Below, in pieces: positions 28,403 through 41,902 of a DNA stretch of 64,000 nt (within the stretch, counting starts at the first letter, position 1; the number at the start of each line of letters is the position of its first letter). Both the position numbers and the translations under genes were made by a program. Origin of the DNA: Felis catus (lineage: Eukaryota); contig NC_058368.1 in the NCBI RefSeq assembly GCF_018350175.1, forward strand, positions 19,656,001 to 19,720,000, written 5' to 3'. The notes beneath the pieces were generated by a model. It saw nothing but the letters and a program-made list of their open reading frames with translations, was not told the origin of the DNA and did not search any database.

Positions 28403-29186
28403 ACACATTTTTAAAAAATAAGTAAAATTAACACATACTTCTTCCAAGGAAAGGGAGATCTTTCTCATCGGGTCAACCAATTTGCTCAGACCATGGCAAG
28501 CCCCCGGTGAGGCTGGGATGGGATACAGGCTTCTTGGGTCTCAGTCCCAAGAACTATGGTCAAGTCTGTGGTTACCCTTTGTCCTTGGGCCCTCAGGGAG
28601 TAGTGTTACAATGCAGAGCAGTGATGTGTGTGTGAAGCGGGAAGGACTCCAGCTCTGTCGGTATACCTGGGTCCTGTGTAGATGCTGCCAGCTGTCAGCT
28701 CCGGCTTTACGGTCAGGCTTAGCTTCTCTGGGTCCCCGAGACACCTTCTGTAAACTAGAGTTAACGCTACTTCCCAGACAGGATCGTTGTGGGGATTAAA
28801 TATGAGAATTTGTCTCTAAAGAGCTAACACAACACCAGACATATAACGGCTCCTCGGAGAGTGACAGCTATTACCATCTCACCCTCCCGACCCTGTATCT
28901 TTCCAGCTGGGCATCAGTGGGCAAGCCTCTTACCCTCTCTGAGCTTGATTCCCTCATTCCTGAAATGAGAGGCGCTTTCCCTACCCGCCAGATAACGGCT
29001 AACAAGGCCACACCTGCCATGAGACCAGCGCGGAAGCGGGCACCCCAAATCCCAGGCTGCCTGAGGCCACTGTGCAGGCACAGACAGCGTGCATGGTGGT
29101 GGCTAATCGGTGCTGAGTAAACCCTGCCATAGCCTTTCTAAAAAATCACGTTTGATCCCCAGATCTCTGTCAGCAGAGAGAGAACA

Positions 29187-29244
29187 ATGCCAGGAGGTCT
29201 GGAGAAGGAGTGTCATCGATGCATTTAGAAAATCGCCAGCAACG
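29187..29244 (+). pseudogene. TMEM272: TMEM272 first coding exon with TAG at codon 14 (29226-29228)
   Basis: ATG CCA GGA GGT CTG GAG AAG GAG TGT CAT CGA TGC ATT TAG AAA ATC GCC AGC AAC G|gtgagt; recalled human MPGGLEKTCHQCISKIASN. Confidence 0.9.
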
Positions 29245-30954
29245 GTGAGTCACAGCCCTGAGAAATGTCCTAGTTTTGAAGGATTTGGGGCTCTGGGATC
29301 CCATGACTTGTTGGTCATGTGATAGAGCCTGTGAACAAGTGACCCATGTGGCTGGTCTGTGCTTGGCTCAGTGTCCTGCCCTCTGCTAGTACCTTCTAGT
29401 TCTCCTCCTTATATATTAACCTTTAGTTTTCTATAGTACGCAGAATGTGTTTTCAATATAATTATGTGTTCAAAAAAATGTTTGCGTGAATGGGGTCACT
29501 GATAACAACCAATATATAATGAGCTGGGAGACATGGCAGGGAGGTGTGGAACAATTGCCTTTGCATTTGGAGTAGCTTTTCCTTGTGCCCACGCACCGTC
29601 TCTCCTCACCAAATTGGACTTTCCCCCCCCACCCCCCACCCCCTGCTGGAGCCCCCTGTGTCCCAAGGGGCTGGACCATGTTACAGAAGGCCCAGGCTGT
29701 ATCATGACATTCGGAATATCCTGAATGCAAGTCCCAAGCTTTGAGTTTCCTTGGGATGAAAGCATTCACCTCATGGTGAGATATGTTGTTTAAGCCTTTC
29801 CACAAGGTTCCCTTTACTCACAGTCTGTAAAATCTTAGAGCAATTCTATCCGGAGGCAGCAGTCAGTAGGCAGAGCAGACTAAGGTGGAGGGGACAATGA
29901 CGGGTGCTTGGCTACAGCGCTATTGACATGTGGATAGCCAGGTACTATCTCCAGCTCCCCACACCCCTTTCCTCGCGGGCTGTCTGGTTCACTGCTGCAT
30001 CCCCACACCTCCAGCAGGGCCTGGCACGTAGTAGGAACACAGCAGCTGTCCGCGGGATGACTAGATGGGTGAATGAATGAACCACCTTCTCCTCTAGCTG
30101 ATGTACCCGGTCCCATCTCATCCTCCTCAAGCACAACCTGACATTTTACTCCCCGGGATGGCTCTGGGGGCCACGGCCCCTTCCTCCACTGGAGCACACC
30201 CACCATGGTGCTGGAGCCTCTGCCCAGAGGCTCTGATGCTCTGGCAGGAATGAAAACACACAGGCAGGTTCGCTGGCCTCCGGAAGAGGCAACGCCTTTG
30301 GTCATAGAACAATAGTTCTATGTTCTCCCGAAGTTCACTCCCACCCCGCCTCTCCACACACATCCCTACCCATTCTTGCAGTGAGAGCCCTGACAGCGAG
30401 GCCAAGTTGTCAAGAGAGGAGGTGTCACTCTCAGGGTTTCCCAGAAAAAGGTGTTTCCACGTTGTGCCGCAAGTCCCCTGGTCTGGGCCATCAGCTCTTC
30501 AAGTGCCCTTGAAGGGCGCTAGAAAGCCTTTGGTTGGCCCTCCTCCACCTGTGGTCTCCTCGATCCCTGAGCTTTCACTTTTTGTTCTGTGAACAACGCT
30601 GTCTTCATCCCGGACCGTGGCAGGACCTCCTGTGTGCTCCCCCATCCCCTGCCTGGTCCCCTCTGCACACGCTCCACACACGGCCAGGGAGGTCTCTCCC
30701 TGCTTGGTGACTCCCCATTCCCGCAGGACTTCAGATCACCCAAAAGATGCTTTGTAAGCTGAGCCTTCCTCACCTTTTGTGTCATCTCTTGCTTTCTGAC
30801 TTGTTACCCTGGAAAATGCAGCCAGACAAAAAACGTCTCAGCTTCCCTGGAAACTAGGCTCCCTTTGTTCCCTGGGGCTCCCCAAAGTGCACCTCTCCAC
30901 CCAGATCTCTCCTATATCCCACCTGCCCTCTTAGGTAAAGATTGGATTGGACAA

Positions 30955-31084
30955 GGGGCGCCTGGGTGGCTCAGTCAGTTAAGCAACTGACTTCAGCTCA
31001 GGTCATGATCTCATGGTTCGTGAGTTCAAGCCCCACATTGGGCTATAGAGCCTGCTTGGGATTCTCTCTGCCCCTTCCTCATTT

Positions 31085-31122
<38 letters not shown>

Positions 31123-31142
31123 TAAATAAACATAAAACAAAA
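30955..31142 (+). mobile_element. Can-SINE
   Basis: SINE consensus; TSD aaagattggattgg. Confidence 0.9.
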
Positions 31143-31401
31143 AGATTGGATTGGGCAAGAATCTCCATTGGAAGAGGAAATTTTGGTGACCCATAGGATG
31201 CTCGCAATGTTTTAGCATCCTTCCATAGACTCTTTATTGGGTAAAAGGGAGAGAAAAAATAGTAATTATGCAGCGGGAAAATTGGGAAACACTTTGAGGT
31301 TCAAGATTAACGTCACCAATGCAGCGATCTGGCCAAGAATGGACAACCTCAATCTAAACACAAAGGGACATCTGACAAATTCAAAGTGAGGAATGTTCTA
31401 T

Positions 31402-31617
31402 TTAAAATTTTTTTAATGTTTATTTATTTTTGAGAGAGAGAGAGAGAGAGTACAAGCAGGGGAGGAGCAGAGAGAGAGGGAGACACAGAATCCGAAGCAG
31501 GCTCCAGGCTCTGAGCTGTCAGCACAGAGCCCGATGCAGGACTCAAACCCACGAACCATGAGCTCATGACCTGAACTAAAGTCAGATGTTTAACCAACTG
31601 AGCCATGCAGGCGCCCC
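31402..31617 (-). mobile_element. Can-SINE
   Basis: SINE consensus in reverse. Confidence 0.9.
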
Positions 31618-34600
31618 TACCTCCCATCTCATATATTCTTTTCCATCAAGTTCACTCTGCTCCCGTACATTTGCTTCCCTGTGCCCTGACACTGGCCTGG
31701 AGGATGAATTTAATATCTGGGAAGCAATGAAATCTTGATGAACGCATGTGCGGTATGTGTGGCCGGCCTCTAGCCATCACAGGATAACTCAATTAAATGC
31801 AATGAGTGTAGTGAACCCAGGTCATTTGCACTTGTCAGGGCATCCTGGGAAGTGCTTTTAGCTCCACACAGAGATAGCAGCTGAAAAGGGGCCAACAAAG
31901 CACAGACTCAGGAGGGACACCGGGAGAGATGGCTTCCAGCCTGCAACTGGACCCAAAGAACTGTGACCCTGGGTGTATGCATCCCCTCAGCGAGGTGGAG
32001 GGAGGCTCACAATACTCAGTGTGCTGAATGTCGAGTGGCAATTTTATTCGACAGTTCTGGCTATGAGAAATAGCACGTTATGTTGTGTTGTGTTATTTTT
32101 AATGTACTTTTTAAAACTTAAAAACTTCTCTCCTTCTGGATGAAATTAATCTGACTTCAGTTTCCTACTTGCCACACTAGCAAGAAAATCAATCTTGAGC
32201 ATTTCAGTCACACAGGAATTCAGTTTGTAGGAGTTGAGGGGGATCCCTCTTTTGGGGGGTTGGAGCAGAGAATGCTTCCCCTCTCTGGACAAGGCCATTA
32301 TTAGCCTATTCAGCCCCCTTGTACAACTTTTAAAAGGGGCTCTCCCGGTAGAGGTAGCTTTAAGGACACACAGCTTAGGAGCAGAAAATGCTTGTCTTGG
32401 AAGAAAGGGCATCATCACTTCCAGACAAGGGGGGTTTCCGCTTTCCCGCACCCAGACCCCTTGTTTCCTGCACAAACCAGGAACCCCCTGTTTCCCCCTG
32501 TTCCCAGCAGCACGCTGTCTTTGCATGGAGCCAGCACTGGCGTCAGGCTTGGGCCATTGGGATCTTTACAAGGCTGGGGGTCTGGTGCCCCCTTCTAGGT
32601 GCTCCCTGTAATTCTCTCTGGAAGCTTCCAGGAAGAGGGCCACCAACCACAGGTTCCATCAAAAACTCCATTTCTCATGGGCTTAGGAGGGCTGCCCTCC
32701 CCCTCTCGCCCCAATGCTCTCCCCATCGGGGCTCCATCCTTTTCCTTTGGGACAGCCCCGTGGAACTGCTGTCCCACACACTGGAAACACCAAGTTGCCA
32801 CCCTTACCGGAGAAAGAGATTCTGACATCTGTCGGCCCAGTCCTTCTTACTAATTCACCCCGTTACATGAACACCTGGAAGCCTTGAACCTTGGGGAAGT
32901 CAAGAATGTGGGCAACGGGGGTGGTTTCAGAAAGTCCTGGGGCTCTGGGCTCACAGATTCCGACACGGTCACCTGGCACGTTAAAGGCAGTGAATTCTGA
33001 ACCAAACACATGTTCTTTCCCAAAAGCTCCCCGTCTTTCTGTCCCTCGCATCTCTGTCAATGCCACCACCATCCTTGTCGCCCGAGCACAGCACTGGAGT
33101 CATTTCCTGTTCCTTTCTTTCCTTCATGCCCACACCTCACTGGTACTCAAGGTCCTGTCACATCTGCACCTTTGGTTGCTCACCAGGCTAGACCACAGCT
33201 CAGCCTCTCCCCTGCTCTCTCTGCCCATCGCCATAGCCCCATCCTTTTTCCAGTGGTTTGACTTTGATTGTGTCACCCCAGCTCCAAATCCTACAAACAA
33301 CTCCCTTTATCTTCCTAATAAAATCCAAATACCCCCTATTCTCAACATCTCCTTCCAACCTCATCTCTCATTCGTCTTGCTCCGAACCACCTTCATTCAG
33401 CTAAACTCGCCGAGCTGCCACTCCCCAAAACGACCGTGAGCGTCTTGTACTTGAATCTTTTGTTTTCTCCAGGGTCTTCCCTTTGACTTGAAAAGCCATC
33501 TGTCCACAGCTCAGCCTTTCAAAACCCTATCCAGCCATTAACACCAGGGCCATATTGCCTTCTCCTGGAAGCGTTCCTCGATTTCCTGGGGACTCTCTTC
33601 CTCTGGGCTGCTTGCTGCTCCGTGCACCACTCGCGGCCTCTGTCACACACACATTTGTTTCACTCCTCGGGTACGCCTCTCATCTCCCTTGTGAGGCTGT
33701 GAGATCTGTGCTGGTGTGGCTCATCGTGGCCATTTTGAATATTGGTAATGAAGTCCATCCCCGTTCAAAGCAGGAAGTGGAAGCAAATGCCACCTCCTGC
33801 AAGCGGCTAGGGGCCATTACCTCCGGGGGTGAGTGGGTAGCTGCAAAACAGGCCAGGTGAGAGGATGCAGCAGGTGCTTACACAGCAGGGGAAGAGGGAC
33901 AGATGGGAAAGACGAGGCAGAGACAGGATGCTGACTGTACCAGAAGTGGCATAGGGGACGGGGTTTGGTGCCTTTACGGATCTAGGGAAGTTGGGAGGGC
34001 AGTTGGGAGAAAAGAGGTCATCGTCCTGCGCCCTTTGTCACTTGCCTGCTGGGCATTGGGTAGTCAGCGGGACCCCTGAAAGGTGGCGTTGCAGAGAAAA
34101 ACTACCTGGTTTTAGTCTCAATTCCTGTGTTGAACTATTCCGCTTGAAGCAAGAGAGCAGGGGATACACTTGCTACTCACGGGAAACAGGCTCTGGAGAT
34201 CCTTGAGAACAACGAAGCTGAGCGCGCCCACTTTTCCCATCAAGATTACCCCTTTTAAAAATGCTTTGAATGCTTCTGGCTGCCTACTTTGACCCACAGC
34301 CGGGCACTCCCTCATCTCTAACCAGCGATGGTGGGAGCAGCGGGGTTAAACCCACTTCAAGGTGTGAGCAAGAACGCTGAGCTGGCTAACTGGGACACTG
34401 CCCTCCTCTTCATAGTCCTCACTAAGTCAGGAGGCAGTTTATTTGTGCTCTTGGCATAAAGAATGGTTTGGCTCCAACCTTCTGATTCTGACGTCCTCCC
34501 ACATTGCTGTAACTCTGGATGACTTTCTCCTTTGGGACTCTCAGTTGATTGAGCTCTGTCACTGAGCTCTTTGCAATGGACTTGATAGAGACTCATTTGA

Positions 34601-36007
34601 TCAGAACCCAGGATGCAGCAGGCTGAGCCACACTGCAACCAGTGCTTAGTAAGCTCAAACGCATCGCAGTATTTATCAGTGGCAGTCACTGCTGTCACAC
34701 TGCCATCCTGGCCCACGCAAGGTCACCAGGGAGCTCAGCCTCTGTTTCAGCTCAGCCCTGATGACCCATGACTGTGGACCCAGCCCCCCCAGGGGGAGAT
34801 CAGGGGAGAGGTGCGGGTTTCTGATCCCTGACTGTGGCGTGGCTGGTCCAAGTGGTAAAGAAGCCCCCGTGCTGTTCACTGCTAATTACTCATCCTGGTG
34901 GAACCCCGCAGCCCCACACCTCACACTGCCCTGAGCAACCAGGCTGTAAGGAAGGCCTGGCAGAAATATCGCCAGCCTAGCTCACATGAAAGATGGCATG
35001 TGGACGGCCTACTTCACCATCTCCGGGGGCCGCTGGTTTCAAACACAGATTCCCAGGTCCTGCCAGTGGGGATTGTGATTTTGTAGCCGGAGTTCTCAGA
35101 GAACCTGAGAATGATGTCTCTGAGGCTGAGTGGGTTTGAGCCTCAGACCCAGACAGTGGTGCTGCAGACAGGGCTGGGGCACAGCCTGACTCCAGGGAGC
35201 TCTAGGTTTAAGACTGTCCCTGCTCAGCTCATCAGAGTCCGTGGGAACCATAGGGCCTCCCTCACAGCTGTTTTTCCAGTTCCCCATTTGATCTCTAGGC
35301 GGGGTCTGAAATCAAAGGGAAGTCACACATCCTTAATAATGATAATAGTGATGATAATGATAATGGCTAACACCCATGTTTATCATGCAGCAGACCTTGT
35401 GTTTCGTGCCTTACATGGGTTATGACACAATCATTTTAGCAGATCTGTTAGCAAAGTCCTATAATTATTATCGTGTTTTAAATGAGATCATTGAACCCTC
35501 AGGGTTCAAGGGCCCTGCAGTTCACACAACCTGCTGTGGGCCTGGAGTGAGATGTGGTCCCCAGTGGTCTGGCTCCAGCTGGAGGCTCACCATGCTCTCC
35601 TCTGGGCTGTCGTTAGGGATGCTCTGGCCCGAGCCTTCTCTCCCTGACTCGCTTGGAGGTAGGAAGCTTGTGCGGCAGGGGCCTCCTCTGGGGCTGCCCC
35701 ACGTCTCTGTGTCACTGAACACAACACCTGGATTACACACATGGCCGGGTGATGCCATCTGTCACAAGCCTGCAGCACACCGAAGGGTTTTCTGGGATGT
35801 CAATCACTTTATCATCCTGCTAACAAGCTCAAGGCCAGAAATAGAGATGGGATGCTTCAGCTTCTTGCTTTCCTACCACTTCCCAGCAAGTAGTTTATTC
35901 CTTGACCTCCACCTTATACCAGGATTTAAAACAGATGTGGCTAGATTTCCTGAAACTCTCTCTTTAACTGGGCACACTGTCAGCAACGCTGTGTCCCCTG
36001 TAGTCAA

Positions 36008-36980
36008 CAGAGCCAGCTACATAATTTGCAAGGCCCGGTTGCAAAATGAAAATGCCGAGCACCTTGTCCAAAAGGCAGGGAAAAAACTCTGTCTAGGGTA
36101 CTGTGCATAAAGCTTTATCCTTTCTTCAGCAACCTCTTTTGATTTGTCATTGTATTTTTTATTTCCTATTTAATGTTGTTTTAAGTAAACAAGAATAAAA
36201 TACACTTCATTAACAATTTTAAATGATTAGCATAAATGTTACCATTCACCTTAATATTGTTTAATGACAGCTATAAATGCAAAGGGCATCTGACTCACAT
36301 GTAGAATCACCAAAATCACACATTCGTGTTACCTAGGTCTTAAGTACTTTGTTTTTGCCAGAAAACAGCAGAAACACTACGCGAAACTACCATGATTATT
36401 TTCATTTTGCTTCTTGATCATGGGTGCTTTTTACCAAAACTCTCTGTGATGAGTGAGGTAGAACTGAATGGCAAAGGAACTAGGAATGGCCCTGACTGTC
36501 CCTTTCCTTGTGTGTCATCATGTTGGCGGGAAACGGCTGGCCACCGAGGGAGGCCACCTGGGGAAGAAAGGAAGTGACAGGATTCCTTGGCCATTTGTGT
36601 TTCTTAGAACACCACGGCCTCTGACTGCCTTTGAGGCAAGTTCTGGTTCAAATGGGAAATGTGGCCCTCAGGGTGGTCAGTGCCCCTGCTTCCTTGTAAT
36701 ATGCTTACCTTGTATTCATTTGGAGTCTTGCTGACACCTCGTGGACCCAGCAAAACTCAAGAACACGGCAGCAAGAGTGGCAGACACGCGTGGCACGTAT
36801 CTTCTCACACGCAGGCTCGACTGTCCCATTAGACTACGCTTGCAAAATACAAGTTCAAAGATAAATTCATTAAGAAATTCAAGACAGCAGCAGGAGAGCG
36901 TTAAGCCAAATGCAATTTCCCCCCAAGCACAGGGCGCCGTGTCACTGCACGGGCTGCACATCCGTGAAAAGCCAGCTCTG
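36008..36980. mobile_element. MER45-family (hAT-Tip100) non-autonomous DNA transposon, about 970 bp
   Basis: Imperfect terminal inverted repeats CAGAGCCAGCT...AGCCAGCTCTG; subterminal acataatttgcaaggccc...gcaaaatgaaaatg; degenerate 8-bp TSD gtagtcaa / gtgggcag. Confidence 0.75.
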
Positions 36981-37279
36981 GTGGGCAGTGTTACACTCAT
37001 TCAGGGAGGGGCAGTTTGAAGGCAGGAGTGAACATCCGGGCAGATCACTCCGCATGCCTGTCATCCTCCACATTTCCTGGAGGTGAAGGTCAAGATTGAT
37101 TGGCAGGAAGGGGACGGGCAGGACCCTGCTCTTCCGGGGCGTGTAGTAGTGGAGTTTCCGGTTTGGTGGGGTGAGTCTCAGCAATTTTCTCCTCCTAGAC
37201 GACTGGGATTCACAAGTCAACCTGTGGTCTTTGACAATCCGAAACTGGAATGGGCCTTGTAGATGAAACTAATTACAGA

Positions 37280-37690
37280 GGGTTCAGTGTAAGTAAGAGA
37301 AAATCCAACTCAAACTGGCTTAAATAATACAGAGGATCTATTGGTTCATATCAAGGGAAAGTCCAGAAATAGGTTAGCTTCATGGGTGTGTGATTCAGTG
37401 GGTGACAAATGCCTTTGAAGACCTAGTTTCTTCTTGCCTCTCCTTTTTGCCTTCCACGTGTCATTCTCAGGCTGCCTCCCCTTCATGGTGGCAAGATGGC
37501 GGCCAACAGCCCTTAGAGCACAGCGCTGGCACACCAGTGTCGAGGGAGGGAGAGAAATCGTATTTTTCGAAGTTCTGTCTGAAGAGTGAGAAGGCTTTTC
37601 TTTCTTTCTTTTTTTTTTTTCTCCCCTTGGGTATGCTGGGCTCAAAATGAATCATGAGCTTATCCACCAGATAATAACATACCCAATGAG
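37280..37690 (-). mobile_element. Old MLT1-family LTR fragment
   Basis: agaaaatccaactcaaactggcttaaata...ttggttcat...tggtggcaagatggc. Confidence 0.6.
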
Positions 37691-38856
37691 AACTACTCTG
37701 CTGATTAACTTAGGGCTAAACTTCATGCCCTTCTCCAAAGTCCATGGTGGAGTCAGCTTGTGCCAGAGCACATGAACTGCATAGGAGAATGGGGATGTGG
37801 ACAGGTGCGGAGACCAAAAGAAAAATTGGGGTGATTGCCTAGAGAGGAAGGAGAGAATGCTCAGAAGGCTACCATGATATCCACTCAGAGATTCTGTCTC
37901 TGCTCTCGGGGCTGGCATTGGAACCTAGCGGGATGTGTAATGCTGTCTAAACTTTAAAAGCAGGGACTGGGGTGTAGGCCTACCCAAAAGGCATTCAAAT
38001 TCATAATTAACAAAAAAGATGTCTAAACAAAACCTGTATGTGCAAGCCATTCAACAGATGGGGAAACCAAGAAGTAACAAGGGGAAAGAGTTGCCTGATC
38101 ATAATAGTGGCCGTAAACTGAGCTGGGGTGTGCGTCCGCTAATGCATTTTACAGAAGAGGAATGTGAGACCCCAGAAGGCCATCTAATCTTCCCGAAGCC
38201 ACACGACGAATGAGTGACGGAGCCAGGACTGGACCCAGGCTGTGTCTCCGTCCCTTCCCAATGCCAAGAGGGCGAAACGGTGGTACAAACAGGAAGCAAA
38301 GCCCCAAGCAGTTAAGAGCTCTCTTCCACTGTGTGTCAGTGAGAAGTTTTAGGAGACCATCTCGTATCATATTCTGTGGGACGTGGGGCCAAATGAATGG
38401 AAAGGGAAAAAGACTTCGTGAAGCAAATTCTGGAAGTGATAAATCAGGTTGTCAGCGAATCTGAGGCAGGGAAGGGAAGAACCATCTGCAGCAGGTCTGG
38501 GCTCCCAGGAAGCACAGGGCTGATCCTGCCTGGCTCAGCGCATGCCGGTGGCTTCTGGCTTCCTGGCACTGGCAGAGCAGCAGTTTATAAACTCCTTTCC
38601 TAGAAGCTGTCAGACTTTAGAGAGGTGGTACAGGAAATGTGGGTCTTAGAGTCGGCAGCACGAGCATCAGAGACATTCAGCTCTCTCAGAGAGGCAAGTC
38701 CTGGCTTGCACCTCCCCCCTTCTCGTTGAGTGACCTCCTGCCATCTGCCGACTTGCCAGAAGGTTGGGCCTCGCAGATGCGTAAGGAAATCGCAGCGCGA
38801 AGGCAAGGAAAGGGTCTGTGTGTTTCCAACCCAGCGCCCGCTCCTCCTCCTTGCCC

Positions 38857-38921
38857 CCTGCTTTGCTTTTGTGCTCTTTGCTGTCCTGATGCTGCCGCTC
38901 TCCTCTCCGCGGCCTTCGCGG
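38857..38921 (+). pseudogene. TMEM272: TMEM272 second coding exon (first hydrophobic segment); acceptor missing, 5-nt duplication
   Basis: CC TGC TTT GCT TTT GTG CTC TTT GCT GTC CTG ATG CTG CCG CTC TCC [TCTCC] GCG GCC TTC GCG G|gtaag. Length is 65 nt against 60 expected. It is preceded by ctcctccttgcCC where ttgcAG is expected. Confidence 0.8.
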
Positions 38922-39076
38922 GTAAGCTGGCTGCTGAGCGCCACTGATCAGCCACGTGCGGCCGTGGGACAGCGACCTTCATCTTTAAACATAAAATGCG
39001 GGATAGACAGATCCGGCCAGACGGGTGATTCAAATAGCATAGTAGCTGTAGTAGAATTATTTGGTGAACATTTTGT

Positions 39077-39280
39077 TTTTAAAAAATGTTTATTTATTTT
39101 GAGGGAAAGAGCATGTGCACAAACTGGGGAGGGGCAGAGAGAGATGGAGACGGAGACAGAGACAGAGAGTGCCAAGCAGGCTCTGCACTGGTAGCACTCA
39201 ACCTCACAAAACCGTGGGATCGTGACCAGAGTGGAAACCAAGAGTCGACACTTAACAAACCAAGTCACCCAGGCGCCCCT
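39077..39280 (-). mobile_element. Can-SINE
   Basis: SINE in reverse; flanked by atttggtgaac / attcggtgaac. Confidence 0.9.
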
Positions 39281-39983
39281 ATTCGGTGAACGAACGTTTT
39301 TTAAAAAAAGAGTCCTGGGCCCCACCCTGGGAGATATTGATGCAATGTGTCCAGGGTGGGGATCCATACCTGCTTTTAAAAAATCTGTCACCAGGTGATT
39401 CTGGTGCCTGTGGACCAGGTTGGGGGCCACTGGGTGAGAGGGTTTCCCAGGGCCGCTCTCCACCTCCTGTGTTCCCATGTGGAAGCCTGTCATGAGCAGT
39501 ATGAAAATGCTATGGTAACATGTAGGTGCTCTGTACATTTCTCTTGCTGAACATACGGATAAATACTTCCATAAGTCACATGTATTAAATGACCTCAATT
39601 ATGTCAAAGCGTGAAGTGTTGAGGGAGTGGGGAGCTCCTTACGTAGCTAAAAATGATTGTCATGTGTCAGTGGAATTAAACTCATGCTCCGGAATGTTGC
39701 TAATGGAGGCCCTGAACTCTGTACACAGAACCTAGCCAGTCCTATTTCAATAGAGACCTAGAAAGCCTGGTGTTCTAGTTTCCAAGTTCACAGCATATTG
39801 GAGTAGAAATGAAAAGGGCATAGGTGTTGTTGAGTAAAACCCCAGTACCCTAATTGCTTAATGGGAATGAGGTTTCCCTTTGGGGTGATGACAATATTTT
39901 GGAACTAGATAGAGGTGGCAGTTATACAACTTTGTGAATACATTCAATGCCACTGAATACTTCACTTGAAAATGGTTAATTTT

Positions 39984-40181
39984 AGGGGCGCCTGGGTGGC
40001 TCAGTCAGTTAAACATCCGACTTGGTTTTGGCTCAAGTCATGATCTCTTGGTTCGTGAGATCGAGCCCCAAGTAGGGCTCTGTGCTGACAGTGCAGAGCC
40101 TGCTTGGAATTCTCTCTCTTCTCTCTGCCCCTCCCTCACTCTCATGCACATTCTCTCTTTCTCAAAATAAAATATAATTTA

Positions 40182-40224
<43 letters not shown>

Positions 40225-40225
40225 A
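39984..40225 (+). mobile_element. Can-SINE with (TAAA)n tail, inside an L1 3' fragment
   Basis: SINE consensus; L1 tail motif at 39858-39983. Confidence 0.9.
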
Positions 40226-40320
40226 TGCAATGGTTCATTTTATGTGCAGTTCACTCAGCAAAAAAAAAGCAGCAATACTAAAAAACAAAAAAAAAACTAA
40301 TACAAAATAGTACTCTTAAA

Positions 40321-40775
40321 ATTTTTTTTTTTAATTTTTTTTTTCAACTTTTTTTAATTTATATTTTGGGACAGAGAGAGACAGAGCATGAACGGGGGAG
40401 GGGCAGAGAGAGAGGGAGACACAGAATCGGAAACAGGCTCCAGGCTCCGAGCCATCAGCCCAGAGCCCGACGCGGGGCTCGAACTCACGGACCGCGAGAT
40501 CGTGACCTGGCTGAAGTCGGACGCTTAACCGACTGCGCCACCCAGGCGCCCCTCTTAAAATTTTTTTTAATGTTTATTCATTTTTGAGAGAGAGAGAGAG
40601 AGAGAGAGCGCAAGCAGGGGAGGGGAAGAGAGAGAGGGAGTCACAGAATCGGAAGCAGGCTCCAGGCTCTGAGCTGTCAGCACAGAGACTGATGCGGGGC
40701 TCAAACTCATGAACCTCAAGATCATGACCTAAGCCGAAGTCAGTTGCTTAACTGACTGAGCCACTCAGGCACCCC
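40321..40775 (-). mobile_element. Nested Can-SINEs: young copy (40321-40552) inserted at the tail of an older copy (40553-40775)
   Basis: Inner TSD TCTTAAAATTTTTTTT; outer TSD AAAATAGTACTCTTAAA. Confidence 0.9.
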
Positions 40776-40880
40776 AAAATAGTACTCTTAAATTTGTGAC
40801 AAGTGAAAGTTGACAGCTTGTTGGGAAATAAAAGAAATAAAACTCTAAAGTTTGTACAGAACTAAAATAGCCGAGAAGTT

Positions 40881-41132
40881 AGGTGCCTGGGTGGCTCAGT
40901 CTTCGGCTCCAGTCATGATCTCATGATTTGTGAGCTCGAGCCCTGCATCAGGAGAGCTTGAACCCCATTTTGGGTGATCTCTGCTTCTGTCTCTGTCCTC
41001 TTTCTCTCTCTCTGCCCTCCGTGGGGTTCTCTACCTCTTCTCTGTTTCTCTCCACCCCTCAGGGGATTGTCTCTCTCTCCCTCTCTCTCTGCCTCTCACT
41101 CACTTGTGCCCTCTCAAAAATAAAAAATAAAA
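40881..41132 (+). mobile_element. Can-SINE (older variant)
   Basis: SINE head and tail; TSD taaaatagc(c/t)gagaagt. Confidence 0.85.
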
Positions 41133-41687
41133 TAGCTGAGAAGTCTGGGGCCATTTGGTGGAAGAGTAGATGATTCAACCAATTCAATAGGCCCTAAAGC
41201 TGTCATTATTACAGTGTAGTTCAAAATAAACATTTATTATATGGCTCTGCTCTATCAGGAAGACTTTTTAAGATGTTAGGTATCCCCTGCTTAGGAATCC
41301 AGGAGTATCCTTAAAAAAAAAAAAAAACAAGTCCTGTGAAAAATCTATCAACTGAAAGATTTTTATTGAGTTAAAAAAAAAAAAAAAAAAGCTTTTGGAG
41401 CCTGTGGTTTAGTTATCTGGAAAATGAGCTTAACTGGAATAGTTCATTCACTAACAAGGCTGTTTAAATGAAGCAAGAACCTATAAGGCCAGTTCCCAGA
41501 GACATTATGCTAAAATCACTACATTCGCTGCCGGAAGAAAGTATTGGGGAATCACTGCTCCGTGGTTATGAGTTTCTGTTTGGGGTGTTGAAAAAGTTTT
41601 GGAACTAGGGAGTGGTGATGGATGCACAAGATTGCGAACGTAATTAGTGCCACTGAATTGTAATGTTTAAGAATGGTTACAATGGTA

Positions 41688-41902
41688 GGGGTGCCTGGGT
41701 GGCTCAGTCAGTTAAGCACTGACTTCAGCTCAGGTCATGATCTCGTGGTCCGTGAGTTCAACCCCCGTGTCTGGCTCTGTGCTGACAGCTTGGGAGTCTG
41801 GAGCCTGCTTTAGATTCTGTGTCTCCCCCTCTTTCTGTCCCTCCCCAGCTTGCCCTCTGTCTCTCTTTCTCAAAAATAAATAAACATTAAAAGAATTTTT
41901 TT
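41688..41902 (+). mobile_element. Can-SINE inside an L1 3' fragment
   Basis: TSD aatggttacaatgg. Confidence 0.9.

Noticed and set aside
35376..36110. 244-aa ORF on the plus strand
   Set aside because: Begins in MIR-like sequence and ends in the MER45 element; no recognisable domain.
38948..39598. 216-aa minus-strand ORF
   Set aside because: Spans a SINE and a MER5A remnant; no coding signature.
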